A model generated the notes under the pieces. It saw only the letters and a list, made by a program, of their open reading frames with translations, made no database searches and was not told where the DNA came from. The translations under genes were made by a program, and so were the position numbers. From Candidatus Kerfeldbacteria bacterium (GTDB taxonomy: Bacteria > Patescibacteriota > Patescibacteriia > UBA10025 > JAHIVO01), in assembly GCA_047946875.1 (NCBI GenBank), contig CP181398.1, positions 463,818 through 527,817 of the forward strand: 64,000 bases of DNA, written 5' to 3'. Each line of letters begins with the position of its first letter. Position 1 is the first letter of the stretch. Positions 1 through 10,122 of this stretch are shown one piece after another.

Positions 1-137
1 AGATTACTGAAAAAATACAGCTATTACTAAATAATTCAGAACTAGCAAATGAGTTAGGATTGGCTGGTAAAAAAAGAGCCCTAGAAAATTTTAACTGGGA
101 TATCGAAATTGAAAAGATAAAAAAGATTATTGATTAA
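1..137 (+). CDS. C-terminal fragment of a glycosyltransferase (GT1/GT4-like); partial at window start
   Basis: Frame 3 reads ...ITEKIQLLLNNSELANELGLAGKKRALENFNWDIEIEKIKKIID, with stop at 135-137. The C-terminal pattern (L..N.EL...LG..GRKR....F.W) is typical of GT-B family 1 glycosyltransferases. Confidence 0.45.
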   Translation, partial: ITEKIQLLLNNSELANELGLAGKKRALENFNWDIEIEKIKKIID

Positions 138-1269
138 TAATTTTATTAATCATTTTAAATCTTTCATTCCAGTCGTGTGGAATGACTGACTTTTGGCGAA
201 TGGATACTTGTTCTTCATTATTCTCATCAAGTGCTTCGCTTATTTTATTACTAAAATCTTTATTTGAATTTGAAATATATAGAACTTTAGAAAATATATC
301 AGTTCCAGATACAGGTGTAGTCACCACTGGTTTACCACTTGCTAAATATTCATACATTTTTTTTGGATTCATTGATTGAATAAACTCATTAGTATAATGG
401 GGGATTAGGCAAACATCATATTGACTAAATAGATATGGTAGTTCTTCGTAATATACAGGACCAATAAATTTAATGTTACTATATTCATTTATAAGTGATT
501 CACTTTTAAACCCACCCCAGACGGGTCCAGCAAAAACAAATTCTTTATCTGGGTTATCTATCAAGCATTGTTTAACAAGTTCAAAGTCAATCCTATCAGG
601 GTTAATTACACCCATATATCCAATTATTGGTTTGTTTGTTTTTTGTATTTTATTATCAATTTTATTTATTATTTCAGCTTTAGTTTCTTTACAAGATTTA
701 TAGTGGTTTATATCAACCCCATTTGGTATTAAATGTACTTTTTTAGAGTTGTTAAATATATTTTCTTTTAGTTTAATATTATTAACAAAGATGTGGTTAA
801 CTTTAGCATTTATTAGATTATAATTACTTTCGAGTTTATTTGTATAGGGTTTAAATGATATATTTTTCCTCCAATCATCAATTGTATAGAATACTTTTAA
901 CCCCTTTTTAACATCTAGAAAAGATATATCTAATGGATTAAAACTCCATAGCTCAATTTCATTTTGATTGATTTTATGAATAATTTTATTTATTCCAGAA
1001 TAACTAACTCCGGCATAATGGAATAGTTTATTATCAATTTTATTGACCTGATAGCTTATTGTAAGCATGTTCAATTGACTTGATAATTTAGCTTTTATGA
1101 AGTACTTGAGCTTGCCGATAAAACCAACTCTGTTAAAATCGATAAAATATATTTTATCTACGTCACTTCTATTTTTTAGCCAATTAAATACATGGGAATT
1201 AGTATTAGTAATACCTTGTTGATACTCGTTATATGTAAACATGGAAAAAACAAAAATTATTTTGTTCAT
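127..1269 (-). CDS. Glycosyltransferase, GT-B fold (family 1/4-like)
   Basis: 380-aa ORF. The C-terminal half reads ...IGYMGVINPDRIDFELV...FVFAGP...IPHYTNEFIQSMNPKKMYEYLASGKPVVTT, which resembles the GT1 nucleotide-sugar binding domain. It sits in the glycan gene cluster. Confidence 0.55.
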   Translation of the reverse strand: MNKIIFVFSMFTYNEYQQGITNTNSHVFNWLKNRSDVDKIYFIDFNRVGFIGKLKYFIKAKLSSQLNMLTISYQVNKIDNKLFHYAGVSYSGINKIIHKINQNEIELWSFNPLDISFLDVKKGLKVFYTIDDWRKNISFKPYTNKLESNYNLINAKVNHIFVNNIKLKENIFNNSKKVHLIPNGVDINHYKSCKETKAEIINKIDNKIQKTNKPIIGYMGVINPDRIDFELVKQCLIDNPDKEFVFAGPVWGGFKSESLINEYSNIKFIGPVYYEELPYLFSQYDVCLIPHYTNEFIQSMNPKKMYEYLASGKPVVTTPVSGTDIFSKVLYISNSNKDFSNKISEALDENNEEQVSIRQKSVIPHDWNERFKMINKIINQ

Positions 1270-1271
1270 AT

Positions 1272-2576
1272 TTATTTAATCCCTGTGCCAATGTAATTAA
1301 AACCTAATTGTTTTACTTCTTTGATATTGAGTAGGTTTCTCGTATCTACAATATTTAAACTATTCATTATTTCTTTAGTAGTATTGATATCTAGAGCTTC
1401 AAATTCGTCCCATTCAGTCATTATTACCATACAGTCAGAGTTTTTTAATGCTTCTTTTGCTGATGTAGCATATTTAATATTAAGATTATATTTCTTAAAA
1501 TTATCCATAGAAATAGGGTCATATACGATAATATTTTTATATCCGTCTTTAATTAATTTTTCAATAACAGTTTTTGACTGTGAATCTCTTACATCAGATG
1601 TATTTTTTTTGAATGATAGACCTAATATTGAAATTTTTGGGTTGTTAATATTTTCTACAAATAAATTTACTTTAGCAGCAACATTAAGTCTTTGTCTGTG
1701 ATTTATTTCGGAAACTACTTGTAGAAGTTTATTAGTATATCCAAACCTGTCTGATATTCCAACTATCGACAACACATCTTTTGGGAAACACATGCCTCCA
1801 AAACCTGGTCCGGGATTTAAAAATGCTTTTTTACCAATTCTAGTATCTAGTTTCATTATTTTACTAATATCCAATATGTTAATATTTAGTTTCTCACAAA
1901 TACTAGAAAGACTATTGATATATGAAATTTCTAGGGCTAAAAATGAGTTGCAAGCATATTTTGCAAATTCTGCGGTTTTATTGTCTGTGATCACAATCTT
2001 AGAATTAAAAGAATTAAATAATTTAGTAATTCTATTAATTAATTCTTGTGAAGCATCATCTTCAAAACCAATTACTTGTCGATCTGCATTGAGTGATGTT
2101 TCTACTGCTTTACCTTCTTGTAAAAATTCAGGTATTGAAATGACGTCGAATTTGTCTGAGTAATAATGACGCATAATTTCTCTTATTAATTTGCTCGTTC
2201 CAACAGGGGCAGTACTTTTATTAATAATTATTTTATATTCTGACATTAATTTACTAATTTCTTTAGATACTTCTCTTATGAATTTTAGGTCGGCATTACC
2301 ATCTTTTTTTGGTGGAGTAGGTAAACATAAAATTACAACATCGCTATTATCTATAGCATATTTTTTGTCAGTAGTTACTTCTACTAGATTTTTTGAAATA
2401 CCTTCAGTTAATAATTCTGCTAATCCTTCTTCGTGGATTGGCAATTTTCCGATCATTAAATTATCAAGCATTTGTTGATCAATATCATTGAATATCACTT
2501 TATTTCCAAATTTAACAAAACATGCTCCTGTAACTAAGCCAACATACCCTGAACCAATAATTGAAATTTTTTCCAT
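1272..2576 (-). CDS. UDP-glucose/GDP-mannose 6-dehydrogenase family (nucleotide-sugar dehydrogenase)
   Basis: N-terminal Rossmann motif MEKISIIGSGYVGLVTGACF and catalytic-region motif GFGGMCFPKD are present. The length is typical. I placed the start at the internal Met (ATG 2576), which removes the overlap with the upstream ORF. Confidence 0.85.
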   Translation of the reverse strand: MEKISIIGSGYVGLVTGACFVKFGNKVIFNDIDQQMLDNLMIGKLPIHEEGLAELLTEGISKNLVEVTTDKKYAIDNSDVVILCLPTPPKKDGNADLKFIREVSKEISKLMSEYKIIINKSTAPVGTSKLIREIMRHYYSDKFDVISIPEFLQEGKAVETSLNADRQVIGFEDDASQELINRITKLFNSFNSKIVITDNKTAEFAKYACNSFLALEISYINSLSSICEKLNINILDISKIMKLDTRIGKKAFLNPGPGFGGMCFPKDVLSIVGISDRFGYTNKLLQVVSEINHRQRLNVAAKVNLFVENINNPKISILGLSFKKNTSDVRDSQSKTVIEKLIKDGYKNIIVYDPISMDNFKKYNLNIKYATSAKEALKNSDCMVIMTEWDEFEALDINTTKEIMNSLNIVDTRNLLNIKEVKQLGFNYIGTGIK

Positions 2577-2577
2577 A

Positions 2578-3258
2578 TTATTTTTTTGTTTTAATAATAC
2601 TAAACATTTCTTCAACTAATTCTTTCCAATTGTAATCTGCAATTTTTTCTTTATTTGGATCAGTAATCCAATATGAATTATTATGCCCCATAAATATTTC
2701 CAATAAGTCATCTGAGGCGGTAAAAATAAAATCAGCTTTATCAGAAATTTCATTATAATTTTTTCTTAATACATCAATATAATCGATAGTTGATTTTTTT
2801 TTCAATGTTTTATATTTCTGCCAATCTTTATCTAGATATATTACTGAAGTTTTATTTTTAAAATAATCAAAATAGTCAACGTTTAAAGGATAGTGAGACC
2901 AAAGGATTAAATTATTAAATGCCAGTGTTTTAACTAAATTTGCTAAATCTTTGTATAACGATTTCCAATTAATTATTGAAAGTATGGTTGAATAATGATA
3001 TAACTTGTCTTTTTGTATTTCTTCACAGTAGCTAAATACACCTCTTTTAATTAAAGGTTTGAATTGTTTTATAAAAATTGTGAATATCTCCTTTAATGCT
3101 TGAATTCTTTTAACTGGCAATATATCAATAAATAAAATTTTACCAATATCATCTCTTTTTAAAAGTTCATGGATTATATAATAACCGTTACTATTATCTT
3201 TACTGATATTCAAATTGCTAAATTTATTCGTACCGAAAATTACTATATCGTATTTCAT
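2578..3258 (-). CDS. Hypothetical protein in the glycan cluster
   Basis: 226-aa ORF co-directional with the dehydrogenase and GT genes. I recognised no motif. Confidence 0.3.
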   Translation of the reverse strand: MKYDIVIFGTNKFSNLNISKDNSNGYYIIHELLKRDDIGKILFIDILPVKRIQALKEIFTIFIKQFKPLIKRGVFSYCEEIQKDKLYHYSTILSIINWKSLYKDLANLVKTLAFNNLILWSHYPLNVDYFDYFKNKTSVIYLDKDWQKYKTLKKKSTIDYIDVLRKNYNEISDKADFIFTASDDLLEIFMGHNNSYWITDPNKEKIADYNWKELVEEMFSIIKTKK

Positions 3259-3419
3259 ATATCTATAATATTTAAGAATGTGAAGTTAGGTTATCAAAAA
3301 ATATGTTTTTTAGCAATCCCTTTAGTTTCACTATTAGTTTTATAGTCTAAAGTTAGCCTATTTGCAAACTTTAAATTTTGTTGTAGTATTTTTATGTAGT
3401 CCCATTTTATATAATACAT

Positions 3420-3860
3420 ATGAAAATACGTAAATACAGCCAAAATGAGCATGATCAGGTCATTTTTGCATCCTTAAAAACATATGAGAAGTACTGGAAA
3501 AAGGGATATATTGTGAGTATAAATCCAGGTAATAAACTCTGCCATGATGTTGGTGGTGGTCATTTCCCAGATTTAGTAGTTTGGAAACCAAATGGCAATA
3601 TAGATGGAACATTTAACACAAATAATACTATAATAATTGAGGAAGTAGAAACTAACGAAACGATAAATGATGTTAAAGCGAAGCAATGGGAATATTATGC
3701 TAAAACTGGAGCTACTTTTTTTCTTATTGTACCGAGAGATTGCTATGAAAAAACAATAAAAATTGTACAGGGGAAGGGAATTAACGTAACTATGATTCAA
3801 TACTATTTTTTTGATGCAAAAGGTAATGTAAAATTTTCAAGTGAATTTGAAAACGTATAA
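3420..3860 (+). CDS. Hypothetical protein (possible PD-(D/E)XK-like fold)
   Basis: 146-aa ORF on the opposite strand to its neighbours. It contains PDLVVW...IIIEEVETNE...K, loosely reminiscent of a nuclease-like core. The assignment is weak. Confidence 0.25.
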   Translation: MKIRKYSQNEHDQVIFASLKTYEKYWKKGYIVSINPGNKLCHDVGGGHFPDLVVWKPNGNIDGTFNTNNTIIIEEVETNETINDVKAKQWEYYAKTGATFFLIVPRDCYEKTIKIVQGKGINVTMIQYYFFDAKGNVKFSSEFENV

Positions 3861-3906
3861 ACTAACTGTTGCAAAAAGTCAGTAAAATTTGTAGAATGGA
3901 TATTAT

Positions 3907-4776
3907 ATGGATGTATCAATTGTAATTGTTTCATGGCAAGTCAAAGAACAGCTTAAGAATTGTTTGACTTCGATATATAAAGAAACTAAAAACCTCGAAT
4001 TTGAGGTTTTTGTGATAGATAATAATTCTAGTGATAGTACTGTTGAAATGGTCTTGAATAATTTCAGTAAAGTCCATTTAATTGCAAATAAAAGCAATTT
4101 AGGATTTGCTAAAGCTTGTAATCAGGGTATTCAAAGATCTAAAGGTAAAAAAGTATTAATATTAAACCCTGATACAGAAATAAGAGATAATGCAGTTAAA
4201 AAAATATATAATTTTATGTCTAACAATCCTGACTGTGGTATTGCCGGATGTAAAATTAAAAATGAGGATGGAAGTGTTCAACCATCTGTTCGTAGATTTC
4301 CAGATATATTATCTCATATTCTTATACTACTAAAACTTCATAATTTCTTCCCTTCATTTAAACCACTTGGAAAATATCATTTTAATGACTTTGACTACAA
4401 TACTACTCAGATTGTAGATCAAGTTATGGGAGCTTTTTATATGTTAAATAGAGATATGTTAAAAAAAGTTGGAATCTTTGATGAACATTTTTATATATGG
4501 TATGAAGAAGTAGACTTGTGTAAAAGGGCAATTGAAAAAGGTTGGAAGACTTACTATATTCATGAAGCAACGGTAATGCATTTAAAAGGAGTAAGTTTTG
4601 GAAAAGCAAATGTTATTAAGAAACAAATAATATTTAACAGAAGTTTGTTGTATTATTTTTTTAAACATAAAAATATTGTAAGTTATTTTATTTTATTAAT
4701 TATATATCCTATCAGTATTTCATTATCATTTTTAGTACAAATAGTTGGGTATAAAAAAATAAGGAAAGACATCTAA
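3907..4776 (+). CDS. Glycosyltransferase family 2
   Basis: The N-terminus MDVSIVIVSWQVKEQLKNCLTSI...VFVIDNNSSDSTVEMV is the GT2 (GT-A) signature region. A DxD-like region follows. Confidence 0.75.
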   Translation: MDVSIVIVSWQVKEQLKNCLTSIYKETKNLEFEVFVIDNNSSDSTVEMVLNNFSKVHLIANKSNLGFAKACNQGIQRSKGKKVLILNPDTEIRDNAVKKIYNFMSNNPDCGIAGCKIKNEDGSVQPSVRRFPDILSHILILLKLHNFFPSFKPLGKYHFNDFDYNTTQIVDQVMGAFYMLNRDMLKKVGIFDEHFYIWYEEVDLCKRAIEKGWKTYYIHEATVMHLKGVSFGKANVIKKQIIFNRSLLYYFFKHKNIVSYFILLIIYPISISLSFLVQIVGYKKIRKDI

Positions 4777-6281
4777 TGCAAAATATATCATTTTTTGGAC
4801 AATACTTTAAAGTTACTTTTTGGATAATAGTTATATTCGAAATATTGTCTTTTTTAGGACATAATTTTAATATTGTAAATAGTATTATTTTTGGATTGTT
4901 AGTATTAACAACGTTAGTAATTACTATTTGGAAAGTTGAATTTGGATTTTGGATAGTCGCTGTCGAATTATTTATTGGATCTTTAGGATATTTATTTTTT
5001 ATAGATTTTGATGAATTTAGAATATCAATAAGGTTGGGGTTATTCTTAGCTGTGATGTTAGGTTGGTTAATAAATACAATTAGAACCAAAAAATTTGAAT
5101 TTTATAAATCGTACTATTGGAAACCATTGTTACTTTTAAGTGTTTTTCTTTTATTGGGATTAATTTTTGGGCTTAGAAATGGTAATGATCTAAAAGATAT
5201 TTTCTTTGATTTTAATGCATATTTATACTTTGGTTTAATATTTGTAGCATTTTCTGTAATTAAATCAAAAGAAAGAGTTAATAATCTTATACAAATATTA
5301 GTTGCATCAATTTCTGCATTATTTTTGAAAACTATATTTATATTATTTTATTTTTCTCATGTTTTCAATGAGAATTTGATAAGTATGGTTTATCGATGGA
5401 TTAGAGACACTAGAGTAGGGGAGATTTCTCCAATAGTAAGTAATTTCTATCGAGTCTTCTTCCAAGGGCATATTTGGGCTTTGTTTTTATTTGTAATTTT
5501 TTTATTAATTATTATTTTGTTGAATAAAGATCAAATTGGTAAAAGAAATTACATTTTTTCTTGGATAATTATGATTATTTCAAGTTTGATGATAATAATT
5601 AGTTTTTCTCGAAGTTTTTGGTTAGCACTATCAATAAATATCATATTAATTTTTTGGTATTTAATAAAAAAAGAAAAAATAAAGATTAAACAGGTTATAA
5701 AGATTCTTGTAATTTCATTATTAGTTTTAATTATTGAATTAGGTTTTATAACTGGACTCGTAAATATAAAATTACCTAACTTTGGAAATGATTCATCTGT
5801 ATCGATAGCTTCATTAATTAGAGATAGAATTTCGGATACTGATGAAGCTGCATTTGCAAGTAGATATGAATTGCTTAAACCGCTAACTTATAAATATTTA
5901 GAAAATCCATTTATTGGTTCTGGGTTTGGTACTACAGTGACATATGAAACAAAAGATCCAAGGAGTAAGGGTAACTATACTACTTATGCATTTGAATGGG
6001 GATATCTTGATATTCTAACTAAAATCGGTTTATTTGGATTCCTTGCTTATTTATTTTTTATATATAAAATATTTAAACAAGGGATTAACTTATTAAAAAT
6101 ATCTAGTAATAGAAATGAGTATGTCCTAATCCTCGGTTTACTATTTTCTTTGTGTATTTTATTATTAGTTCATATGACAACACCTTATTTGAATCATCCA
6201 TTAGGCATATTCCTATTGATAATTATTTCATCAATATTTTATAGTAAAACTACTCAACAATCTGTTAAACTTGAAGCTTGA
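4776..6281 (+). CDS. Polytopic membrane protein, O-antigen ligase/polymerase (Wzy_C)-like
   Basis: 501 aa with more than 10 predicted TM helices and a large extracytoplasmic loop near the C-terminus. It lies between two GT2 genes. The start ATG overlaps the upstream stop. Confidence 0.4.
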   Translation: MQNISFFGQYFKVTFWIIVIFEILSFLGHNFNIVNSIIFGLLVLTTLVITIWKVEFGFWIVAVELFIGSLGYLFFIDFDEFRISIRLGLFLAVMLGWLINTIRTKKFEFYKSYYWKPLLLLSVFLLLGLIFGLRNGNDLKDIFFDFNAYLYFGLIFVAFSVIKSKERVNNLIQILVASISALFLKTIFILFYFSHVFNENLISMVYRWIRDTRVGEISPIVSNFYRVFFQGHIWALFLFVIFLLIIILLNKDQIGKRNYIFSWIIMIISSLMIIISFSRSFWLALSINIILIFWYLIKKEKIKIKQVIKILVISLLVLIIELGFITGLVNIKLPNFGNDSSVSIASLIRDRISDTDEAAFASRYELLKPLTYKYLENPFIGSGFGTTVTYETKDPRSKGNYTTYAFEWGYLDILTKIGLFGFLAYLFFIYKIFKQGINLLKISSNRNEYVLILGLLFSLCILLLVHMTTPYLNHPLGIFLLIIISSIFYSKTTQQSVKLEA

Positions 6282-6342
6282 AAATATTGGCTAAATCTGG
6301 TAGAATTCGTTTACAAATTAGATACTAATATTTATATTTCTG

Positions 6343-7182
6343 ATGCTAGATTTATCAATTGTAATAGTAAATTATAATAATAGGGGGTTACTTAGACAAT
6401 GTCTGAAGTCTGTTTTTATAAATTTAAAAGATAGTAATTGTACCTATAAAATTGTCATGGTGGACAATAATTCTAGTGATGGTAGCGTACCTTTAGTTAG
6501 AGATGAATATCCCTCAGTAAGATTAATTCCTTTAGAAAATAATCTAGGATATGCCAAAGGAGTTAATATCGGCATCAAGTCATTAGAATCAAAATATTAC
6601 TTGGTTTTAAACATGGATACTACTATTGTTCAAGAGCATGCAATTGAAGATATGATCAAGTTTATGGATGATAAAAATAATTCAAATGTTGGATTAGCAG
6701 GTCCAAAACTTATTAATCCCAATGGCACAACTCAAGTGTCTTGCTGCATATTTCCGAAATTTATGTATCCTATATACAGAAGAACATTTCTAAGAAAAAT
6801 GCCATTCCCAAAAAAAGCTATACATAAGTACCTTATGTTTGATTGGGACCACAATGATAGCAGAGAGGTTGATTGGGTAATTGGGACAGGGATGATTGTT
6901 CGGAATAATGCCATAAAACAAGTAGGCTTGATGGATGAAAGATTTTTTATGTATTTTGAAGATGTTGATTGGTGTAGAAGATTTTGGGAGAATGATTGGA
7001 AAGTTAAGTATATGCATAATATTCAAATTGTTCATTATCATAGTAGGGGGTCAGCAACTAAAAGAGGATTGCCAAGTATCTTTATGAATAAATTAACCAG
7101 GGTTCATATAAGTTCTTGGATAAAATATTTTATGAAGTATTTAGGTAAGGAAAAACCAAATGTCAAACAAAAAAATAAATAA
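6343..7182 (+). CDS. Glycosyltransferase family 2 (paralog of 3907-4776)
   Basis: N-terminus MLDLSIVIVNYNNRGLLRQCLKSV...VDNNSSDGS. The architecture matches the upstream GT2. Confidence 0.75.
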   Translation: MLDLSIVIVNYNNRGLLRQCLKSVFINLKDSNCTYKIVMVDNNSSDGSVPLVRDEYPSVRLIPLENNLGYAKGVNIGIKSLESKYYLVLNMDTTIVQEHAIEDMIKFMDDKNNSNVGLAGPKLINPNGTTQVSCCIFPKFMYPIYRRTFLRKMPFPKKAIHKYLMFDWDHNDSREVDWVIGTGMIVRNNAIKQVGLMDERFFMYFEDVDWCRRFWENDWKVKYMHNIQIVHYHSRGSATKRGLPSIFMNKLTRVHISSWIKYFMKYLGKEKPNVKQKNK

Positions 7183-9112
7183 TTTTTTACACCCAAAAAG
7201 TAAAAAAAAATCAAAGTATAGAAAATATAAGAAAATAATAGTTCCTATTACAATTGTATTGGGTATTATTATATTTCTCAGCTTAATATTATATTTAGTA
7301 TATAAAGATACGGCGACTAATATATATCGCAATAGCTTAGATGGAAAAAATAATTTTTATCTTGCTCAAGAGAAGATTATTGAACAAGACTTTGATACAG
7401 CAAGTTATGCCCTTAGAGATGCTACAAACAACTTTAAAGAAGCGCATAGTGAGTTTGAAAAAGTACAGTGGTTAAAAATAATACCTTGGGTTGGAATTCA
7501 AGTAAATGCAATTGATAATTTGTTATTAGCTGGAATTTCAACAGGAGAGTCACTTAATGTCATAAGTGATACGGCCAGAGATATTATTACTCCTTTGCAG
7601 AAAAATGATGATATAAGTTTAAGTACTTTATCAGAATCAGAAACTAAAGAATTAATGAAGAGTATTTATGATTCTAAAGAAAATTTGGAAACTGCAAAAA
7701 AATCAATTGATATAGCAGTAGATTATCTTGAAAATATTTCTAAAAAAGGACTACTAGGTAAAATAAAAGAAGTAACTACTCCATTACAAGAAAATGTACC
7801 AGCATTACAAAATAGTATAGATGTGGCAATTTCTGCTAGTCAAATATTACCATCGATTGGTGGATATCCAGAAAAAAAGACATATTTATTTCTTTTACAA
7901 AATAATACAGAGTTACGACCTACGGGTGGGTTTATAGGTACGTATGGAATATTAAAAGTAATCAATGGGGATATAGATTATTTTAAAACTGAAAATGTTT
8001 ATAATCTTGATGAACCTGCAAAAGATTGGGTATATATTGAACCACCATGGCCACTAACTAGATATAATGCTGTATATAATTGGTATTTACGTGATTCAAA
8101 TTGGTCTCCTGATTTTCCAACAGCTGCAAAAAAAGCAGAAGAATTTTATCATTTAGAACGTGGACCAGAAAAAGATATAGATGGTGTAATTGCTGTTACT
8201 CCTACATTTATACAATCACTTTTAAAACTAACTGGAGAGATAACTATTAATGGACTCACTTTCACTGAAGAAAATTTTATTGATACTTTACAATACCAAG
8301 TTGATAAAGGGTTTTTAAGTATAGGATTAGAAGAAAGTGAAAGAAAAGAAATTATTGGATTATTATCAAAAGAGATTTTGGATAGAGTATTAGAATTACC
8401 TAAAAGTCAATGGCCAGATTTCTGGAAAGTTTTTGAAAAAGATATAACTGAAAAACAAATATTGATTTATGTTAAAGATGGTTATGTACAGGATTTTATT
8501 GAGAAAGAAAATTGGGGAGGAACTATAAAAGAAGTGGAACATGATTATTTATCAGTTATTGACGCTAATCTTGCAAGTCTTAAAAGTGATCCTGGTATAA
8601 AGAGAACTATCTCTTATACTGTAAATAGGGATGGAGATAATTTTATTGCTGATTTGAATATAAATTATAAAAATGAAGGAACTATAACATGGAAAACAAC
8701 AAGGTATAGAACCTATACAAGAGTATATGTCCCTGAGGGATCAAATTTATTAAAGTCGTCTGGCAGTATGATTGATTGTAAGATTGATGGTGAGAATGAC
8801 ATTTCTACAGAAGTTGAATTAGGTAAAACTGTATTTGGAGCATTTATTTGCATAGAGCCGGGTGAGGAAGGAAATTTGTCATATAAATATATTCTACCTG
8901 AAAATATTTCTGATAATTTTAAAGATGATCATTATAGTTTATTAGTACAGAAACAACCAGGAGCAGCAGGACACGTCTTGAATATAGAGTTAAAATTAAA
9001 GAAGAAACCAAATATTGCTATAAGTGATAAAGACATTGACATTGTACCGTCGAATGATATAGTAATAAATTCATTATTATCACAGGATCGATTAATTAAA
9101 CTTGAGTATTAA
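7160..9112 (+). CDS. N-terminally anchored exported protein, DUF4012-like
   Basis: 650 aa with a basic N-terminus plus one TM helix. The internal motif LLQNNTELRPTGGFIGTYG matches my memory of the DUF4012 ELRPTGGFIG motif. Such proteins are commonly found beside glycosyltransferases in small-genome bacteria. Confidence 0.4.
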   Translation: MSNKKINNFLHPKSKKKSKYRKYKKIIVPITIVLGIIIFLSLILYLVYKDTATNIYRNSLDGKNNFYLAQEKIIEQDFDTASYALRDATNNFKEAHSEFEKVQWLKIIPWVGIQVNAIDNLLLAGISTGESLNVISDTARDIITPLQKNDDISLSTLSESETKELMKSIYDSKENLETAKKSIDIAVDYLENISKKGLLGKIKEVTTPLQENVPALQNSIDVAISASQILPSIGGYPEKKTYLFLLQNNTELRPTGGFIGTYGILKVINGDIDYFKTENVYNLDEPAKDWVYIEPPWPLTRYNAVYNWYLRDSNWSPDFPTAAKKAEEFYHLERGPEKDIDGVIAVTPTFIQSLLKLTGEITINGLTFTEENFIDTLQYQVDKGFLSIGLEESERKEIIGLLSKEILDRVLELPKSQWPDFWKVFEKDITEKQILIYVKDGYVQDFIEKENWGGTIKEVEHDYLSVIDANLASLKSDPGIKRTISYTVNRDGDNFIADLNINYKNEGTITWKTTRYRTYTRVYVPEGSNLLKSSGSMIDCKIDGENDISTEVELGKTVFGAFICIEPGEEGNLSYKYILPENISDNFKDDHYSLLVQKQPGAAGHVLNIELKLKKKPNIAISDKDIDIVPSNDIVINSLLSQDRLIKLEY

Positions 9113-9114
9113 AT

Positions 9115-10122
9115 ATGTTTTCAAATAGAATCGCAATTGATTTAGGGACAACTTATTCTATAGTTCATATTCCAGGAAGAGGAATAGTAGTTAATGAACC
9201 GTCAGTAGTAGCAATTTCTTTGGTTGATAAAAAGGTAATGGCTGTTGGTAATGAGGCTAAAGATATGATTGGACGAACACCTAATACTATAGTTGCTTCA
9301 AGACCACTTAAAGATGGTGTTATTGCTGATTATAAGACTACTGAAGCGATGATAAAATACTTTATTAACAAAGCTTTAGGGGGTGTTAGGTTTTTCCGAC
9401 CTGAAGTTATGATCGCTGTACCCGCTGGAATAACCTCTACTGAGAGACGTGCTGTAATTGAAGCAACTCTTCAAGCTGGGGCAAAAGCCGCATATATCAT
9501 TAAAGAGCCCATAGCAGCCGCTATTGGGGCAAATATACCCATTGGATCAGCATCTGGACACATGATTGTTGATATTGGAGGCGGTACTAGTGAAATAGCT
9601 GTTATGTCATTAGGTGGCATAGTTGCAAATTCTTCAGTCAGAATCGGAGGAAATAAGTTTGATTATGCTATACAAGAATTTGTTAGAAAAAAATATAACT
9701 TAGCTATTGGGGAAAGAACAGCAGAAGAACTGAAAATCCAAATGGGATCAGCAGTCCCTGTTGAAGAAAAAATGTATATGGAAATTAAGGGAAGGGATTC
9801 AATTCAAGGTTTACCAAAAACTGTAACTGTTGAAAATAACGATATCCCTGAAGCAATTCAAGATGAGTTAGCTGGTATTATACAAGCAATTAAATCTGTA
9901 TTACAAGACACTCCTCCAGAGTTATCTGCAGATATAATGGATAAAGGTATGGTTTTATCCGGGGGTAGTTCATTGTTAAAAAACTTAGACATTCTTCTGT
10001 CAGAAGCAATTGGGGTACCTGCTTATGTTGCAGATGAAGCACAGCTATGTGTAGCAAAGGGTACAGGAATAGCACTAGAAAATTTAGAATCTTATAAAAA
10101 GAGTATTCTTTCTTCAAAATAA
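9115..10122 (+). CDS. mreB: Rod-shape determining actin homolog MreB (paralog 1)
   Basis: MFSNRIAIDLGTTYSIVHIPGRGIVVNEPSVVAI... carries the phosphate-1, phosphate-2 and adenosine motifs (DIGGGTSEIAV, LSGGSSLL). It is 335 aa. Confidence 0.85.
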   Translation: MFSNRIAIDLGTTYSIVHIPGRGIVVNEPSVVAISLVDKKVMAVGNEAKDMIGRTPNTIVASRPLKDGVIADYKTTEAMIKYFINKALGGVRFFRPEVMIAVPAGITSTERRAVIEATLQAGAKAAYIIKEPIAAAIGANIPIGSASGHMIVDIGGGTSEIAVMSLGGIVANSSVRIGGNKFDYAIQEFVRKKYNLAIGERTAEELKIQMGSAVPVEEKMYMEIKGRDSIQGLPKTVTVENNDIPEAIQDELAGIIQAIKSVLQDTPPELSADIMDKGMVLSGGSSLLKNLDILLSEAIGVPAYVADEAQLCVAKGTGIALENLESYKKSILSSK

